From the NCBI GenBank assembly GCA_963675215.1, contig OY775914.1:1243779-1307778 (forward strand): a stretch of 64,000 nt of DNA. Direction: 5' to 3'. Every line of letters starts with the position of its first letter. The stretch's first letter is position 1. A program made the translations under genes and the position numbers. A model generated the notes under the pieces. That model did not search any database and was not told where the DNA came from. It was given only the letters and a program-made list of their open reading frames with translations. Below, one piece after another: positions 19,601 to 29,287 of the stretch. Source of the stretch: Bacteroidales bacterium. GTDB taxonomy: Bacteria; Bacteroidota; Bacteroidia; Bacteroidales; GCA-2711565.

Positions 19601-20025
19601 CAAATGGCACCCAGGCAGTTACCAATGAATTGATGACCAGGGTTCAGTATGTAATGCAAGCGGTAAACAATACTCCTGGCATTCCTCACGAATTAATGGT
19701 AAAAGCTTCTAAGCTTGAAAAAGAATTAGATGATATTTTATGGAAATTTAATGGTCAACAACCAAAAGCAAGTCGAGAAGAAAACTGGCCTGCACCGCCT
19801 GCAATTAATGAGTATTTGAATGTTGCTGCTTATGGTACTTTTGGTTCAACTGCTGCACCAACCCAAACCATGAGGGAACAAATGAAACTTGCAAAAGAGG
19901 CTTTGAAACCTGTGTACGACAGGGTGAAAGTCATTTTGGAAGTGGATATTGTAAATCTTGAAAAAGAGCTTGATAAATATGGAGCTCCTTTTACTCCGGG
20001 TCGATTACCTGCTTGGGGAAAATAA
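16693..20025 (+). CDS. VPS10/BNR (Asp-box) repeat beta-propeller protein, glycosyl hydrolase-like
   Basis: Signal peptide; FRSIGPAFMSGRIAD; repeated SxDGGxTW Asp-boxes; GGTQDN and LVLATFGRGFY. Confidence 0.88.
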   Translation: MRKKNFSNVKAFPLLIILMGLLISMPSTAQRKKGKTDENKAESGIKSSMVSGLKFRSIGPAFMSGRIADFAVNPANHSEYYVAVASGHVWKTENNGTTFSPVFDGQKSYSIGVVTMDPNNSNVVWVGTGENNHQRVLGYGDGVYKTLDGGKSWKNMGLKESRQIGGIVVDPNNSNIVFVAAEGSVWGPGGDRGLYKTTDGGETWKKVLEISEHTGVNNIIMDPRDSKILYATSEQRRRHVHTKIGGGPESAIYKSTDGGESWRKLKSGLPGGDIGGMGIAISPVNPDVIYAIIEAAGNSGGFFRSTNRGESWSKMSSYASSGQYYNEIVCDPVDVDKVYSTETRTKVTVDAGKTWTSLSNNGRHVDDHAMWIDPQDTKHFMIGGDGGVYETYDDGSTWIFKSNLPITQFYRVATDNTFPFYWVYGGTQDNNSLGGPTQNTSREGVTQDEWIITQGGDGFWQAIEPSNPDIVYSAWQYGNVVRYDKKSGESISIKPSPKAGEETYKWNWDAPYFISPHSETRLYMAANKVFRSDDRGNTWEVISDDITSKTDRNTWPVMDHYWSIDAVVKDVSTSLFGMGVSLAESKVQENLIYVGTDDGVISVSEQDGKDWFQIKKFPGVPEYTYVSDIMPSKFDANVVFATFNNIKRDDFKPYVLKSSDKGRTWVSIAGNLPEDETVHSIEQDFVNPNLIFVGTEFSFYFSVNGGENWTKLASGLPSIPVKDIAIQERENDLVLATFGRGFYVLDNFTPLRELSMELLDQKAHIFPVKDALMYVETSNKNADQGSTVYVASNPTYGATFTYYLKDVPETLKQVRTKAEKNLFKDKKPIPQPSMDELRAEENEIAPYLVFTIKDKDGNIIRTINQRPKKGVNRVNWDLRYASSGAIRLQGNKFSPVASEGGRSRWRGGGGTPVMPGNYSVSLEMVAKGKTTSLVSDVKFTAKKLNNTTLPGDPAELLAFQEEVTKLSQLSNGTQAVTNELMTRVQYVMQAVNNTPGIPHELMVKASKLEKELDDILWKFNGQQPKASREENWPAPPAINEYLNVAAYGTFGSTAAPTQTMREQMKLAKEALKPVYDRVKVILEVDIVNLEKELDKYGAPFTPGRLPAWGK

Positions 20026-20048
20026 GATTTAAAATTTTAGAATTTTTG

Positions 20049-20083
20049 AAGAGATGGTTCAATTTGAGCCATCTCTTTTTTTT
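20049..20083 (+). terminator. Rho-independent terminator
   Basis: AAGAGATGGTTCA-ATT-TGAGCCATCTCTT stem followed by a T run, 24 bp after the stop at 20025. Confidence 0.85.
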
Positions 20084-20287
20084 AGTAAGTATGAATTTTT
20101 ACAAGAAAGAATTCAGTAAGAATTTTAAAAAAATTATGCCGATTTGCTTTGTAAATCGGCATCTCAACTTTGTATAGAAAACAAGAAAATTTTTAATGTG
20201 GAGCGAGGATCATTGAATAAGACTATTCCCGGCGTTAAATTCCTGTTAAAGAAATTTAAATATTATTTATAATCGTTATAAAGTTCG

Positions 20288-20295
20288 TAGCTTTG
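20288..20295 (+). promoter_or_regulatory. Bacteroidota -7 promoter box (TAGCTTTG) for the RND operon
   Basis: TAnnTTTG match about 195 bp upstream of ATG 20490. Confidence 0.55.
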
Positions 20296-20489
20296 CGCCC
20301 GAAATAAAAAGTTTTAAAGTTTTCGGTTGTCTAAATATTTTATGTAAAATCAAGTATTGTATATTTTAATTTCACCCCCTTATTTCCTCCATTTACCGAT
20401 CTCAAGTTCCTGGTTTTTGAGAATAGAAATATTATTGCAATTGGAAAAATATGGGATTAAAAAAAGATCGTATTTAATAAATTGAAATC

Positions 20490-21608
20490 ATGATTGGAAG
20501 AAAATTTAAGATTGTAGGTTCAGTCGTGCTACTCCTGGTTATTGCTGTAGCACTTATGAGTGTATTTAGTAGTATGAAAAAGGAACCGCCAAGAAATGAA
20601 AAAGAGGTAGCCAAAGTTTATGTAAAGGTAAAAAAGGTAGTTTACAGCGATATGTCTCCAATGTTTTCGGAAGGTGGGAGACTTGGTTCTCAGAACAAAG
20701 TGGATCTGATGTCGGAAGTACAAGGTAAAATTCTTGCTACCAAAACCACCTTAAAAAAAGGTGAACGGTTTAAAGAGGGAGATCTTTTAATTCGAATTTT
20801 TGATGAGGAAGCTAAAAGTAATTTAATGGCAAGTAAAAGCAGATTTTTAAACTTACTGGCTGGCACTTTACCTGATTTAAATATTGATTATCCTGACAGC
20901 TACAATAAATGGCTTCAATTTTATGAAAGCATTGATATTACAGAAAATCTTCCGGAATTGGTAAAGTTTTCATCAAATAAGGAAAAAACATTTTTAGCAA
21001 GCCGGAGTATTTTAAATGATTATTACTTGATTAAGAGTGCAGAAATCAGATTGAGTAAGTATTCAATTTATGCGCCATTTAGTGGTTCGTTCATGGACGT
21101 TTATTATGAAGTTGGTTCTATCGCCAATCCGGGTAGTCGCATAGCCACCATTATACAAACTGATAAGTTAGAACTTGAAATTCCGGTTAGAGTTGAAAAC
21201 ATTGAATTCTTAAATATTGGTGATGAAGTAAATATTGAAGCGAACAAACACGAGCTTTTAGGTAAAATTGTTAGAATATCTGATTTTGTTTCTGCCGAAA
21301 CCCAATCGGTAAGTGTTTTTATTTCTCTCTATCCAAACAATAAGGTTAAGCTTTTTGAAGGAATGTATTTGAATGCCAATTTCAATGGAAAACCTTTAAC
21401 AAATGTGATGGAAATGCCTCGAAATGCTCTCGTTAATCGCAATCAGGTTTTTGTTGTTGAAGATGGTAAACTTGCCAAAAAGAAAATAAAAATCTTGAAA
21501 TTAAATGAAACAACGCTTCTTTTTTCAGGTTTAGCGAAAAATACAGACTTGGTTGTTGAGCCGCTAATTAATCCAAGAGTTGGAATGAACGTTGAAACAC
21601 TGAGATAG
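20490..21608 (+). CDS. RND efflux periplasmic adaptor (membrane fusion protein)
   Basis: N-terminal TM anchor, SEVQGKI and IYAPFSG; abuts the RND permease. Confidence 0.88.
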   Translation: MIGRKFKIVGSVVLLLVIAVALMSVFSSMKKEPPRNEKEVAKVYVKVKKVVYSDMSPMFSEGGRLGSQNKVDLMSEVQGKILATKTTLKKGERFKEGDLLIRIFDEEAKSNLMASKSRFLNLLAGTLPDLNIDYPDSYNKWLQFYESIDITENLPELVKFSSNKEKTFLASRSILNDYYLIKSAEIRLSKYSIYAPFSGSFMDVYYEVGSIANPGSRIATIIQTDKLELEIPVRVENIEFLNIGDEVNIEANKHELLGKIVRISDFVSAETQSVSVFISLYPNNKVKLFEGMYLNANFNGKPLTNVMEMPRNALVNRNQVFVVEDGKLAKKKIKILKLNETTLLFSGLAKNTDLVVEPLINPRVGMNVETLR

Positions 21609-24600
21609 ATGAAGAAATATATTACCATATTTGTAAAATATCCATTTTATGCCAATATAATTATTGCGGCCATTTTAATTGGTGGTTTAGTTAGTTTGTT
21701 GAGCATGAAAAAATCCTTCTTTCCTGAGATGGAAACAAGGAGCATCTTTGTAAATGTTGCATATCCTGGTGCTTCTCCAACCGAAATGGAGGAAGGTATA
21801 ACTGTTCGGGTTGAGGAAGCCATTCGGGGTTTAGCAGGAATTAAGGAAGTAAATTCAACTTCTTCCGAAAACTTTTCAAGTGTTGTAATTACAACAACCG
21901 GCGAATACGATATCGACGAAACATTAATGGAAGTAAAAAACGCTGTAGATGGAATATCATCATTCCCAGTGAGTGCAGAGCGTCCCATCGTGTTCAAGCA
22001 AAGAGCCAGATCTATGGCCATGTTTTTAGGCCTTTCGGGCGATGTTAGTTTGATGGAACTCAAAAAATATGCCGATGAAATCGAACTAGATTTGCGCTCC
22101 TCCGGTGTCATGTCGCAGGTCAGTGTTGGCGGTTATCCGGCACTTGAAATTTCTATTGAAACTTCAGAAGAGGATTTAAGAAGATACAATCTAACCATTG
22201 ATGAAGTAATGAATGCTGTTTCTTTAAACAATCGGGATTTATCGGGTGGATTGATTAAATCGGAAGTTGAAGAGATGTCAATCCGAATGAGATCAAGAAG
22301 TGTTGATCCCGAAAAAATTGGGAATATTGTTCTCCGTGCCAATCAGGATGGAAGTTATATCCGAATCAAGGATGTGGCAACTATCGATCAGAAATTTGCT
22401 GATGTAGCCAGTTCTTCATTGATGAATGGGAAGCCTTCAATCTCTTTTAATATCAATAAACTGATTGAAGAGGATTTGGTTGAAATATCTGATTATTGTA
22501 AGAATTATGTAAAAGAGTTTAACGAAAAACATACGGAAGTTCAAATGCACGTAACATTTGATTTTCGAAAAATGTTGGGTGCTAGGTTAGATTTATTATA
22601 TCGAAACGGCGGAATTGGTCTGGCACTTATTTTAATTACCCTGGGATTATTTTTGAGTTTCAGGCTCTCTTTGTGGGTGGCATGGGGTATTCCGGCTTCC
22701 TTTTTATTGATGTTTATGGTTGCAGCTACTTATGGCATTACCATTAATATGATTTCTGTTTTTGGGATGATTTTGGTTGTTGGAATTTTAGTTGACGACG
22801 GAATTGTGATTGCCGAAAATATTTACTCCCATTTCGAAAGAGGAAAGAGCCCCAGGCGAGCGGCCATCGATGGCACCATGGAAGTACTCCCTGCAGTTTT
22901 AACTTCAGTTTCTACAACCATCGTTGCCTTTCTCCCTTTAATGATGATAAAAAATGAGCGGATGCAAATGATGTTTGAAATGGCATTCATCGTTATTTTT
23001 AGTTTAGCATTTTCTTTGTTAGAAGCATTTTTTGTTTTACCTGCCCATCTGGCTAGTGAGCATATTCTCCGGGCCAAAAAGAAACAGAATCTTGGAATGA
23101 AGTTGCGGAAAAAACTGGATCAGGCTGTTGAGTGGATGCGTGATAAATTATATGGGAAGTTGTTAAAGTTTGCAATCTCAAATAAATGGCTTGTTTCGTT
23201 TTTACCTTTGGCCTTTATTTTAATTACCGTTGGTTTGTTTAATGGTGGGTTGATAAAAACAACATTCTTTCCTTCAATTCCTTTCGATCAGTTCAATGTC
23301 AACTTGGCATTTAAACCCGGATCAGGAGAAAAACAAACACTGGAATATTTAACCCGATTTGATAAAGCCATTTGGGAAGTTAATGATGATTTGAAAAGTG
23401 AATTTAACGATACGGTTGATTTTATCGATTTCACATTTGTATCAACGGGTGGTGCTTTTGATGGATTGGAAATGGGTTCGCATGCAGGATCAATTTTTGT
23501 GATCTTACGTGATTTAGAAGATGCAGGTGTAAACAGTTTTCAAATTGTAAACAGATTGCGTGATAAAATTGGGGCTGTACCTGAAGCCGAAAAATTTACA
23601 ATTTCCGGTCGAAATACTTTTGGAACACCAGTGTCATTAAGCATTTTGGGTAAAAATTCTGATGACTTAAATGGTGCCAAAACCATACTGATTGAACGAA
23701 TGAATAGCCTTTCTTCATTAAATAATATCATGGAGAATAATGGGATAGGAATGCAGGAAGTTTTGCTTGATTTAAAGCCGAAAGCTTACTTTTTAGGTTT
23801 AAGTCAGATGAGTTTAACCAATCAAGTTCGTCAGGCATTTTTTGGCGGACAGGCTCAGCGTTTGCAACAGGGTAAAGATGAAGTAAGGGTTTGGGTGCGA
23901 TATCCCAAAACCGATCGTCTGAATATTGGACAGCTTGAAAATATGAAAATCAAAACCCAAATGGGTGAATTTCCTTTGTCTGAACTTGCTGACTATAAAA
24001 TTGAAAGAGGCCCGGTTAGCATTAAAAGATATAACGGTTCCAAGGAAGTTCGAATTACAGCTGATTTGGTAAACCCCGATGAATCGGTACCACCAATCAT
24101 GGATAAAATTAATACTGATTTTGTTCCTGAAATTTTAGCGGTTTATCCAAGTGTGAGATTTGAGTTACAAGGTCAGTCGAAAGATGCTGCTGAGTCTGGA
24201 AAAGAACTGGCTATTTATTTTGGAATGGCATTTTTGATCATCTCTTTTATCTTAATGATTCACTTTAAATCATTCGGACAAGGGTTGATTGTTTTGATGA
24301 TGATTCCGTTGGCATGGTTAGGCGGAGTTTGGGGACATGCTGTTGAGGGTATTCCTGTTTCTATGTTAAGTGCATGGGGATTAGTAGCCTTATCGGGTGT
24401 AATCATCAATGATGCGGTTGTGTTTTTGTCAAAGTACAACCTGTCCTTGCAAGAGGGTTTATCGGTTAAAGATGCAGTTTATAAAGCGGGTCTCTCGAGG
24501 TTTAGGCCAATCATATTAACTACTATTACGACTTCTGTAGGATTGTATCCAATTATTTTTGAACCCAGTTTTCAGGCACAATTTTTAAAACCAATGGCTG

Positions 24601-24776
24601 TTGCACTGGCTTATGGCGTATTCATAGGAACAACTTTTATACTTGTATTGTTTCCAATAATTATTCTTTTATTAAATGACTTAAATGTGGCTACAAAATG
24701 GCTTTGGACAGGAGTTCGACCAAAGCCGGAAGAGGTTGAAAAGGCAGTTATTTATGACAAAAGACAAATCGATTAA
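21609..24776 (+). CDS. RND efflux permease (AcrB/AcrD/AcrF family)
   Basis: 1055 aa; YPGASPTEME, GILVDDGIVIAEN, GVIINDAVV and SRFRPIILTTITT. Confidence 0.92.
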   Translation: MKKYITIFVKYPFYANIIIAAILIGGLVSLLSMKKSFFPEMETRSIFVNVAYPGASPTEMEEGITVRVEEAIRGLAGIKEVNSTSSENFSSVVITTTGEYDIDETLMEVKNAVDGISSFPVSAERPIVFKQRARSMAMFLGLSGDVSLMELKKYADEIELDLRSSGVMSQVSVGGYPALEISIETSEEDLRRYNLTIDEVMNAVSLNNRDLSGGLIKSEVEEMSIRMRSRSVDPEKIGNIVLRANQDGSYIRIKDVATIDQKFADVASSSLMNGKPSISFNINKLIEEDLVEISDYCKNYVKEFNEKHTEVQMHVTFDFRKMLGARLDLLYRNGGIGLALILITLGLFLSFRLSLWVAWGIPASFLLMFMVAATYGITINMISVFGMILVVGILVDDGIVIAENIYSHFERGKSPRRAAIDGTMEVLPAVLTSVSTTIVAFLPLMMIKNERMQMMFEMAFIVIFSLAFSLLEAFFVLPAHLASEHILRAKKKQNLGMKLRKKLDQAVEWMRDKLYGKLLKFAISNKWLVSFLPLAFILITVGLFNGGLIKTTFFPSIPFDQFNVNLAFKPGSGEKQTLEYLTRFDKAIWEVNDDLKSEFNDTVDFIDFTFVSTGGAFDGLEMGSHAGSIFVILRDLEDAGVNSFQIVNRLRDKIGAVPEAEKFTISGRNTFGTPVSLSILGKNSDDLNGAKTILIERMNSLSSLNNIMENNGIGMQEVLLDLKPKAYFLGLSQMSLTNQVRQAFFGGQAQRLQQGKDEVRVWVRYPKTDRLNIGQLENMKIKTQMGEFPLSELADYKIERGPVSIKRYNGSKEVRITADLVNPDESVPPIMDKINTDFVPEILAVYPSVRFELQGQSKDAAESGKELAIYFGMAFLIISFILMIHFKSFGQGLIVLMMIPLAWLGGVWGHAVEGIPVSMLSAWGLVALSGVIINDAVVFLSKYNLSLQEGLSVKDAVYKAGLSRFRPIILTTITTSVGLYPIIFEPSFQAQFLKPMAVALAYGVFIGTTFILVLFPIIILLLNDLNVATKWLWTGVRPKPEEVEKAVIYDKRQID

Positions 24777-24795
24777 AAATATTAATACAAAAAAG

Positions 24796-26100
24796 ATGCG
24801 TAAAATATCTATTTTACTAATACTAAGTTTGCTTGTCATTAGCCTTTATTCTCAAAGTGAAATGAGTCTGAGTGATGCTATTGAAAGAGGATTGGAGAAT
24901 AACTATCAAATCAAAATTACTGACAAAAGTGTTGAACAAGCCAAACTCATGAATAATTGGGGAACCGTGGGTCGCTATCCTTCAATTAACTTAGGTGTAA
25001 ACCTGAATAATAAATTTGATAATGCAGATAGCAGAGTAGTAGTAGGCGAAAGGGATAATTGGACTACCAATACTTTGTATCCAAATATCAATGCCAGATG
25101 GACTTTATTTAATGGTTACGGCATTAATATCTCAAAAGAAAAACTTAATTTGCTTGAAATATTTTCTGAGGGAAATGCCGAATTAATCATTGAAAATACC
25201 ATTCAATCAATCATCCTGGGCTACTTTAAAGTTCAACTTGAACTAGAGAAATTGAAAGTAATGACTACATTAAAATCACTATCGAGCGATCGGTATAATT
25301 ATGTCATGCAAAAATATGATTTGGGAAGCTCAGTTACTTACGATGTTTTGCAAGCTAAAAATGCATATTTGAATGATTCTACAAATTATTTATTTCAGGA
25401 ATTGAATGTTAAAAATGCCCATCTCAATTTAAACTTGTTGTTAGGTGAGGAACCGAACAACAGATACGAATTAAGCGATGATTTAAATCCGATTGATGAA
25501 ACCTATGAATTGGGCGATTTAATGGATAAAATGCTTAGCGATAACAAAACCTTACAAAACCAGTACATCAATCAGGAAATTTTGAAAAAGGAAGTTGCTT
25601 TTAAAAAAAGCAGCTTGTTTCCAGTGGTTTCTTTAAGCACAGGATTTGATCATTTTAATTTCCGAACCAAATATTCTGATCAGGATGCCAGCTTCTCAAA
25701 CTCCTACGATTTTTATGCAAATGTTTCTTTAAGCTTTAATTTGTTTAATGGAGGAAACACACGAAGAGCCATTCAAAATGCGCAAATTGATGAGCGAATT
25801 GGGGAACTTGGCCTGGCTGAGATGCAATTGAGATTGAAAAATGTTTTAGCAAATTTATTTGATTTGTTCAGTATCAGAAAGCAATTGTACGATGTTTCAA
25901 TCGCCAATTTGGAAAGTGCAGAATTAAACTTAAAATTATCTGAAGAAAAATTTAAAGCAGGGGTGATCAACTCTTTTAACTTTCGAGATGTGCAGTTGTT
26001 GTATCTTAATATTGCCACACAAAAACTAGAAAGTATGTATAACCTGATCGATACACATACCGAATTGGTTAGGTTGACCGGAGGAATTCTTGCTGAATAA
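24796..26100 (+). CDS. TolC family outer membrane efflux protein
   Basis: MRKISILL signal peptide at 24796; LENNYQIK, LFPVVSLS and NLFNGG; third gene of the RND operon. Confidence 0.88.
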   Translation: MRKISILLILSLLVISLYSQSEMSLSDAIERGLENNYQIKITDKSVEQAKLMNNWGTVGRYPSINLGVNLNNKFDNADSRVVVGERDNWTTNTLYPNINARWTLFNGYGINISKEKLNLLEIFSEGNAELIIENTIQSIILGYFKVQLELEKLKVMTTLKSLSSDRYNYVMQKYDLGSSVTYDVLQAKNAYLNDSTNYLFQELNVKNAHLNLNLLLGEEPNNRYELSDDLNPIDETYELGDLMDKMLSDNKTLQNQYINQEILKKEVAFKKSSLFPVVSLSTGFDHFNFRTKYSDQDASFSNSYDFYANVSLSFNLFNGGNTRRAIQNAQIDERIGELGLAEMQLRLKNVLANLFDLFSIRKQLYDVSIANLESAELNLKLSEEKFKAGVINSFNFRDVQLLYLNIATQKLESMYNLIDTHTELVRLTGGILAE

Positions 26101-26114
26101 GATTTTCTAATCTG

Positions 26115-26147
26115 GGATGGCTTCCCTCTTTTTGAGGGACGCCATCC
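26115..26147. terminator. Hairpin between convergent tolC and rsmA, possibly a bidirectional terminator
   Basis: GGATGGC-T-TCCCTC-TTTTT-GAGGGA-C-GCCATCC. Confidence 0.55.
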
Positions 26148-26217
26148 TAAAGTAATAAAATAAAGCAATGGCTTTCTTTTTTTTATAGATGTCAACCTGC
26201 TTTGATAATATCGTTAG

Positions 26218-26982
26218 TTAATTGGTAACAGCCTTTGTAAGGATCACAAATTCTGCAACTGATAACTGCTCTGCTCGCTTTGTTAGAAGCTTAGTAATTT
26301 CTTCGGTTGGCTCAAAAGTAAAAGACTTCAATGCATTTCTCAAAGTTTTGCGCCTCTGATTAAAGGCTGTTTTAACAACGGCTTTAAAATCACTGTCGTC
26401 ACAACCAAGAGATTCAACATTGTTTCTTTTCAATCTGATCACGGCAGATTTTACTTTTGGTGGAGGGAAAAACACCCCTTCTTTTACCGTAAATAAATAT
26501 TCAATTTTGTAATAGGCTTGAAGCAAAACACTCAATATTCCATATTTTTTGGAGCCTGGAGGAGAAGCCAGCCTTTCGGCCACTTCTTTTTGGATCATCC
26601 CAACAACTTCATCCACTTGGTTTTTATATTCCAGTGTTTTGAAAAAAATTTGAGAGGAAATATTGTAGGGGAAATTACCGATAATTCTAAACTTTTCTTT
26701 GCCAAAAAGTGGTTTTAAATCAAGTTTTAAAAAATCACCTAAGATCAGGTTATCAGAAATTTCAGGGAATGTCGCAGTCAGGTAATCCACCGATTCCTGA
26801 TCGAATTCAATGTATTTGGTGTTTAGGCTTTTGTTTTGAAGCAGGTATTGGCTCAATACACCTTTACCAGGCCCAATTTCAATAATATTTTTTGAATCGT
26901 TACTAAGACTATCTACTATTTTTTTAGCAATATACAGGTCGGTTAAAAAATGCTGGCCGAGTGATTTTTTGGGTTTTACCAT
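26218..26982 (-). CDS. rsmA: 16S rRNA (adenine1518/1519-N6)-dimethyltransferase
   Basis: KKSLGQHFL, EIGPGKG, GNFPYNISS, PPPKVKS and FNQRRKTLRN. Confidence 0.95.
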   Translation of the reverse strand: MVKPKKSLGQHFLTDLYIAKKIVDSLSNDSKNIIEIGPGKGVLSQYLLQNKSLNTKYIEFDQESVDYLTATFPEISDNLILGDFLKLDLKPLFGKEKFRIIGNFPYNISSQIFFKTLEYKNQVDEVVGMIQKEVAERLASPPGSKKYGILSVLLQAYYKIEYLFTVKEGVFFPPPKVKSAVIRLKRNNVESLGCDDSDFKAVVKTAFNQRRKTLRNALKSFTFEPTEEITKLLTKRAEQLSVAEFVILTKAVTN

Positions 26983-26983
26983 C

Positions 26984-28255
26984 TTAACTGATTATATCAT
27001 AACCTGTATAAGAGCGCAGTGCTTTAGGGATTTTAATACCTTCAGGAGTTTGATTGTTTTCAAGCAAAGCTGCAACGATACGAGGTAATGCCAATGCACT
27101 GCCGTTTAAGGTATGTGCAAGTTTGGTTTTTCCATCTTTGTCCTTAAATCTTAATTTTAACCTGTTTGCCTGAAAACTTTCAAAATTGGAAACAGAGCTC
27201 ACTTCTAACCACATTTCTTGGGCTGCCGAAAAAACTTCAAAATCATAGGTGAGTGCAGAAGCATAACTGAGATCTCCTCCACAAAGCCTGACAATTCGGA
27301 AAGGGAGTTCCAGTTTTCGTAGTAAGGTAGCAATGTAATCCTTCATCTCCTCTAAAGTTTCGTATGATTTGTCGGGTTGCTGTACCTGAACAATTTCTAC
27401 TTTATCAAATTGATGCAAGCGATTCAGGCCCCTGACATCTTTACCATAAGATCCGGCTTCGCGCCTAAAACAATTTGAATAAGCCACATTTTTGATGGGG
27501 AAATCGGTCTCTTTTAAAATAATGTTGCGGTAAATGTTTGTGATCGGGACTTCAGCTGTTGGAATCAAATAAAAATTGTCTTCTCCAATGTGATACATCT
27601 GACCTTCTTTGTCGGGCAGTTGACCTGTGCCAAAAGCGGAATCTTCATTTACAAACAAAGGGGGTTGGTATTCGAGGTAGCTGGCAGTAATGGCTTCATC
27701 TAAAAAGAAGTTAATCAGTGCTCGTTGCAACCTCGCACCTTTTCCTTTGTAAAAAGGGAATCCGGCTCCGGTAACTTTACTTCCTAAGTCAAAATCAATG
27801 ATATCGTATTGTTTGGCTAATTCCCAATGTGGTTTTGCTTTTTCGTAGAGTACCGGAATTTCGCCTTCTTTGTAAATTAATTCGTTGTCAGCATCGGTTT
27901 TTCCTACGGGAACAGAAGGATGCGGAATATTTGGCAATTCAATGAGTTTGTCGGTAAGTTCTTTTGAAGTTTTAGTTAAATCATCTGCCAAAGCTTTTGA
28001 AGATTGCTTTAGTTCAGCAGTTTTGGCCTTAAATTTATTGGCCTTTTCAATTTCTCCTGATTTGTATAATCTACCAATTTCTTTTGCCAGTTTATTTGAC
28101 TCAGCTAATTGTTCATCTAATATTTTCTGAATGGCTTTTCGCTCATCATCCAATTTTATAATTTCATCAATAAGTTCAGTCGCATTAAAATACTTAATGG
28201 CAAGCAGGCGAATTGCTTCTGATTTGTTTTCTCGTAAAAAATTAATTTGCAGCAT
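26984..28255 (-). CDS. serS: Serine--tRNA ligase
   Basis: LIPTAEVP, FRREAGSYGKDVRGLNRLHQF, EVSSVSN and HTLNGSALA. Confidence 0.97.
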   Translation of the reverse strand: MLQINFLRENKSEAIRLLAIKYFNATELIDEIIKLDDERKAIQKILDEQLAESNKLAKEIGRLYKSGEIEKANKFKAKTAELKQSSKALADDLTKTSKELTDKLIELPNIPHPSVPVGKTDADNELIYKEGEIPVLYEKAKPHWELAKQYDIIDFDLGSKVTGAGFPFYKGKGARLQRALINFFLDEAITASYLEYQPPLFVNEDSAFGTGQLPDKEGQMYHIGEDNFYLIPTAEVPITNIYRNIILKETDFPIKNVAYSNCFRREAGSYGKDVRGLNRLHQFDKVEIVQVQQPDKSYETLEEMKDYIATLLRKLELPFRIVRLCGGDLSYASALTYDFEVFSAAQEMWLEVSSVSNFESFQANRLKLRFKDKDGKTKLAHTLNGSALALPRIVAALLENNQTPEGIKIPKALRSYTGYDIIS

Positions 28256-28302
28256 CAGGTTAAAATTTTATACAAAAGTAAAGGAATAATAAAATAAATG
28301 AT

Positions 28303-28335
28303 AAAAAAAATCCTCCCGTTTTAGCGAGAGGATTT
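28303..28335 (-). terminator. Rho-independent terminator after rpmA
   Basis: Minus strand AAATCCTCTCG-CTAAAA-CGGGAGGATTT followed by a T run. Confidence 0.85.
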
Positions 28336-28355
28336 CTACAAAAAATTAAATATTT

Positions 28356-28637
28356 TTAATTCGCAGGCGCAGTAGTTACCTCTTCGAAAGGAACAACCGA
28401 TACATACGATTTATTATTTCTTTTTTTTCTGAAAGCAACAGTTCCATCTTTAAGTGCATATAAGGTGTGATCTTTTCCCATCCCTACATTTTCACCTGGA
28501 TTATGAACTGTTCCTCTTTGGCGAATGATGATATTACCAGCTTGTGCAAACTGACCACCATAAATTTTTACACCTAAACGTTTACTTTGTGATTCACGAC
28601 CGTTATTCGAACTACCGGCACCTTTCTTATGAGCCAT
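28356..28637 (-). CDS. rpmA: 50S ribosomal protein L27
   Basis: [24 protein letters not shown]. Confidence 0.98.
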   Translation of the reverse strand: MAHKKGAGSSNNGRESQSKRLGVKIYGGQFAQAGNIIIRQRGTVHNPGENVGMGKDHTLYALKDGTVAFRKKRNNKSYVSVVPFEEVTTAPAN

Positions 28638-28655
28638 AACTATATTTTTTTAAAA

Positions 28656-29192
28656 TTATTCTTTATCAGCTTTTTTTGTTGGAGCTTTTGCCTTTGTTGC
28701 CGGAGCTTCCTTCTTAGCTTTAGGAGCGGCAGCTTTTTTAGGAGCAACTTTCTTTACTGTTTCTTTTTTCTCTGCAGCAGCTTTCGAGGCTTTTGCTTTA
28801 GGTTCAGCTTTAGGAGCGGCTTCTTTTACAGCTTCTGTTTTAGGAGCAGCTTTCGCAGTCTCTTTTTTAGCAGCAGCTTCAGTTGCAGCAATTGATTCAA
28901 TTTGAATTTTGCTTAGGTACTGACGATGACCATTCTCTTTTTGATAACCTTTTCTTCTCTTTTTGTGGAAGACTTTAATTTTATCAGCTTTTTCATGAGA
29001 AAGAATTTTGGCTGAAATACTGGCACCTTTCAAGAAAGGTGTGCCAACACTTACTTTACCGTCATCATCTAATAATAAAACATCATTAAATTTAACTTCT
29101 GATCCTTCTTCTCCTTCCAGACGATGAACAAAAATCGCTTGATCTTTTTCCACCTTAAACTGCTGTCCGGCTATATCAACAATTGCGTACAT
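28656..29192 (-). CDS. rplU: 50S ribosomal protein L21 with an Ala/Lys-rich C-terminal extension
   Basis: MYAIVDIAGQQFKV and KKRRKGYQKENGHRQ, then about 75 aa of low-complexity AKP sequence. Confidence 0.97.
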   Translation of the reverse strand: MYAIVDIAGQQFKVEKDQAIFVHRLEGEEGSEVKFNDVLLLDDDGKVSVGTPFLKGASISAKILSHEKADKIKVFHKKRRKGYQKENGHRQYLSKIQIESIAATEAAAKKETAKAAPKTEAVKEAAPKAEPKAKASKAAAEKKETVKKVAPKKAAAPKAKKEAPATKAKAPTKKADKE

Positions 29193-29287
29193 GTTATTTT
29201 TTTTAAAATTCCGTTATTTTTTGGAAGTGCAAAATTAGCAAAATTATTTTATGTGCAAAGCATTTAACGATAATTTTTTAAACGAAT

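Noticed and set aside
16693-20025. Large repeat protein as a novel system
   Set aside because: It is an ordinary VPS10/BNR family member of a type common in Bacteroidota.
24685-24795. N-terminal extension of TolC given by the ORF track
   Set aside because: It overlaps the RND permease by 92 bp; the signal peptide starts at ATG 24796.
28629-28895. 88-aa plus-strand ORF
   Set aside because: Antisense shadow of the low-complexity rplU tail.
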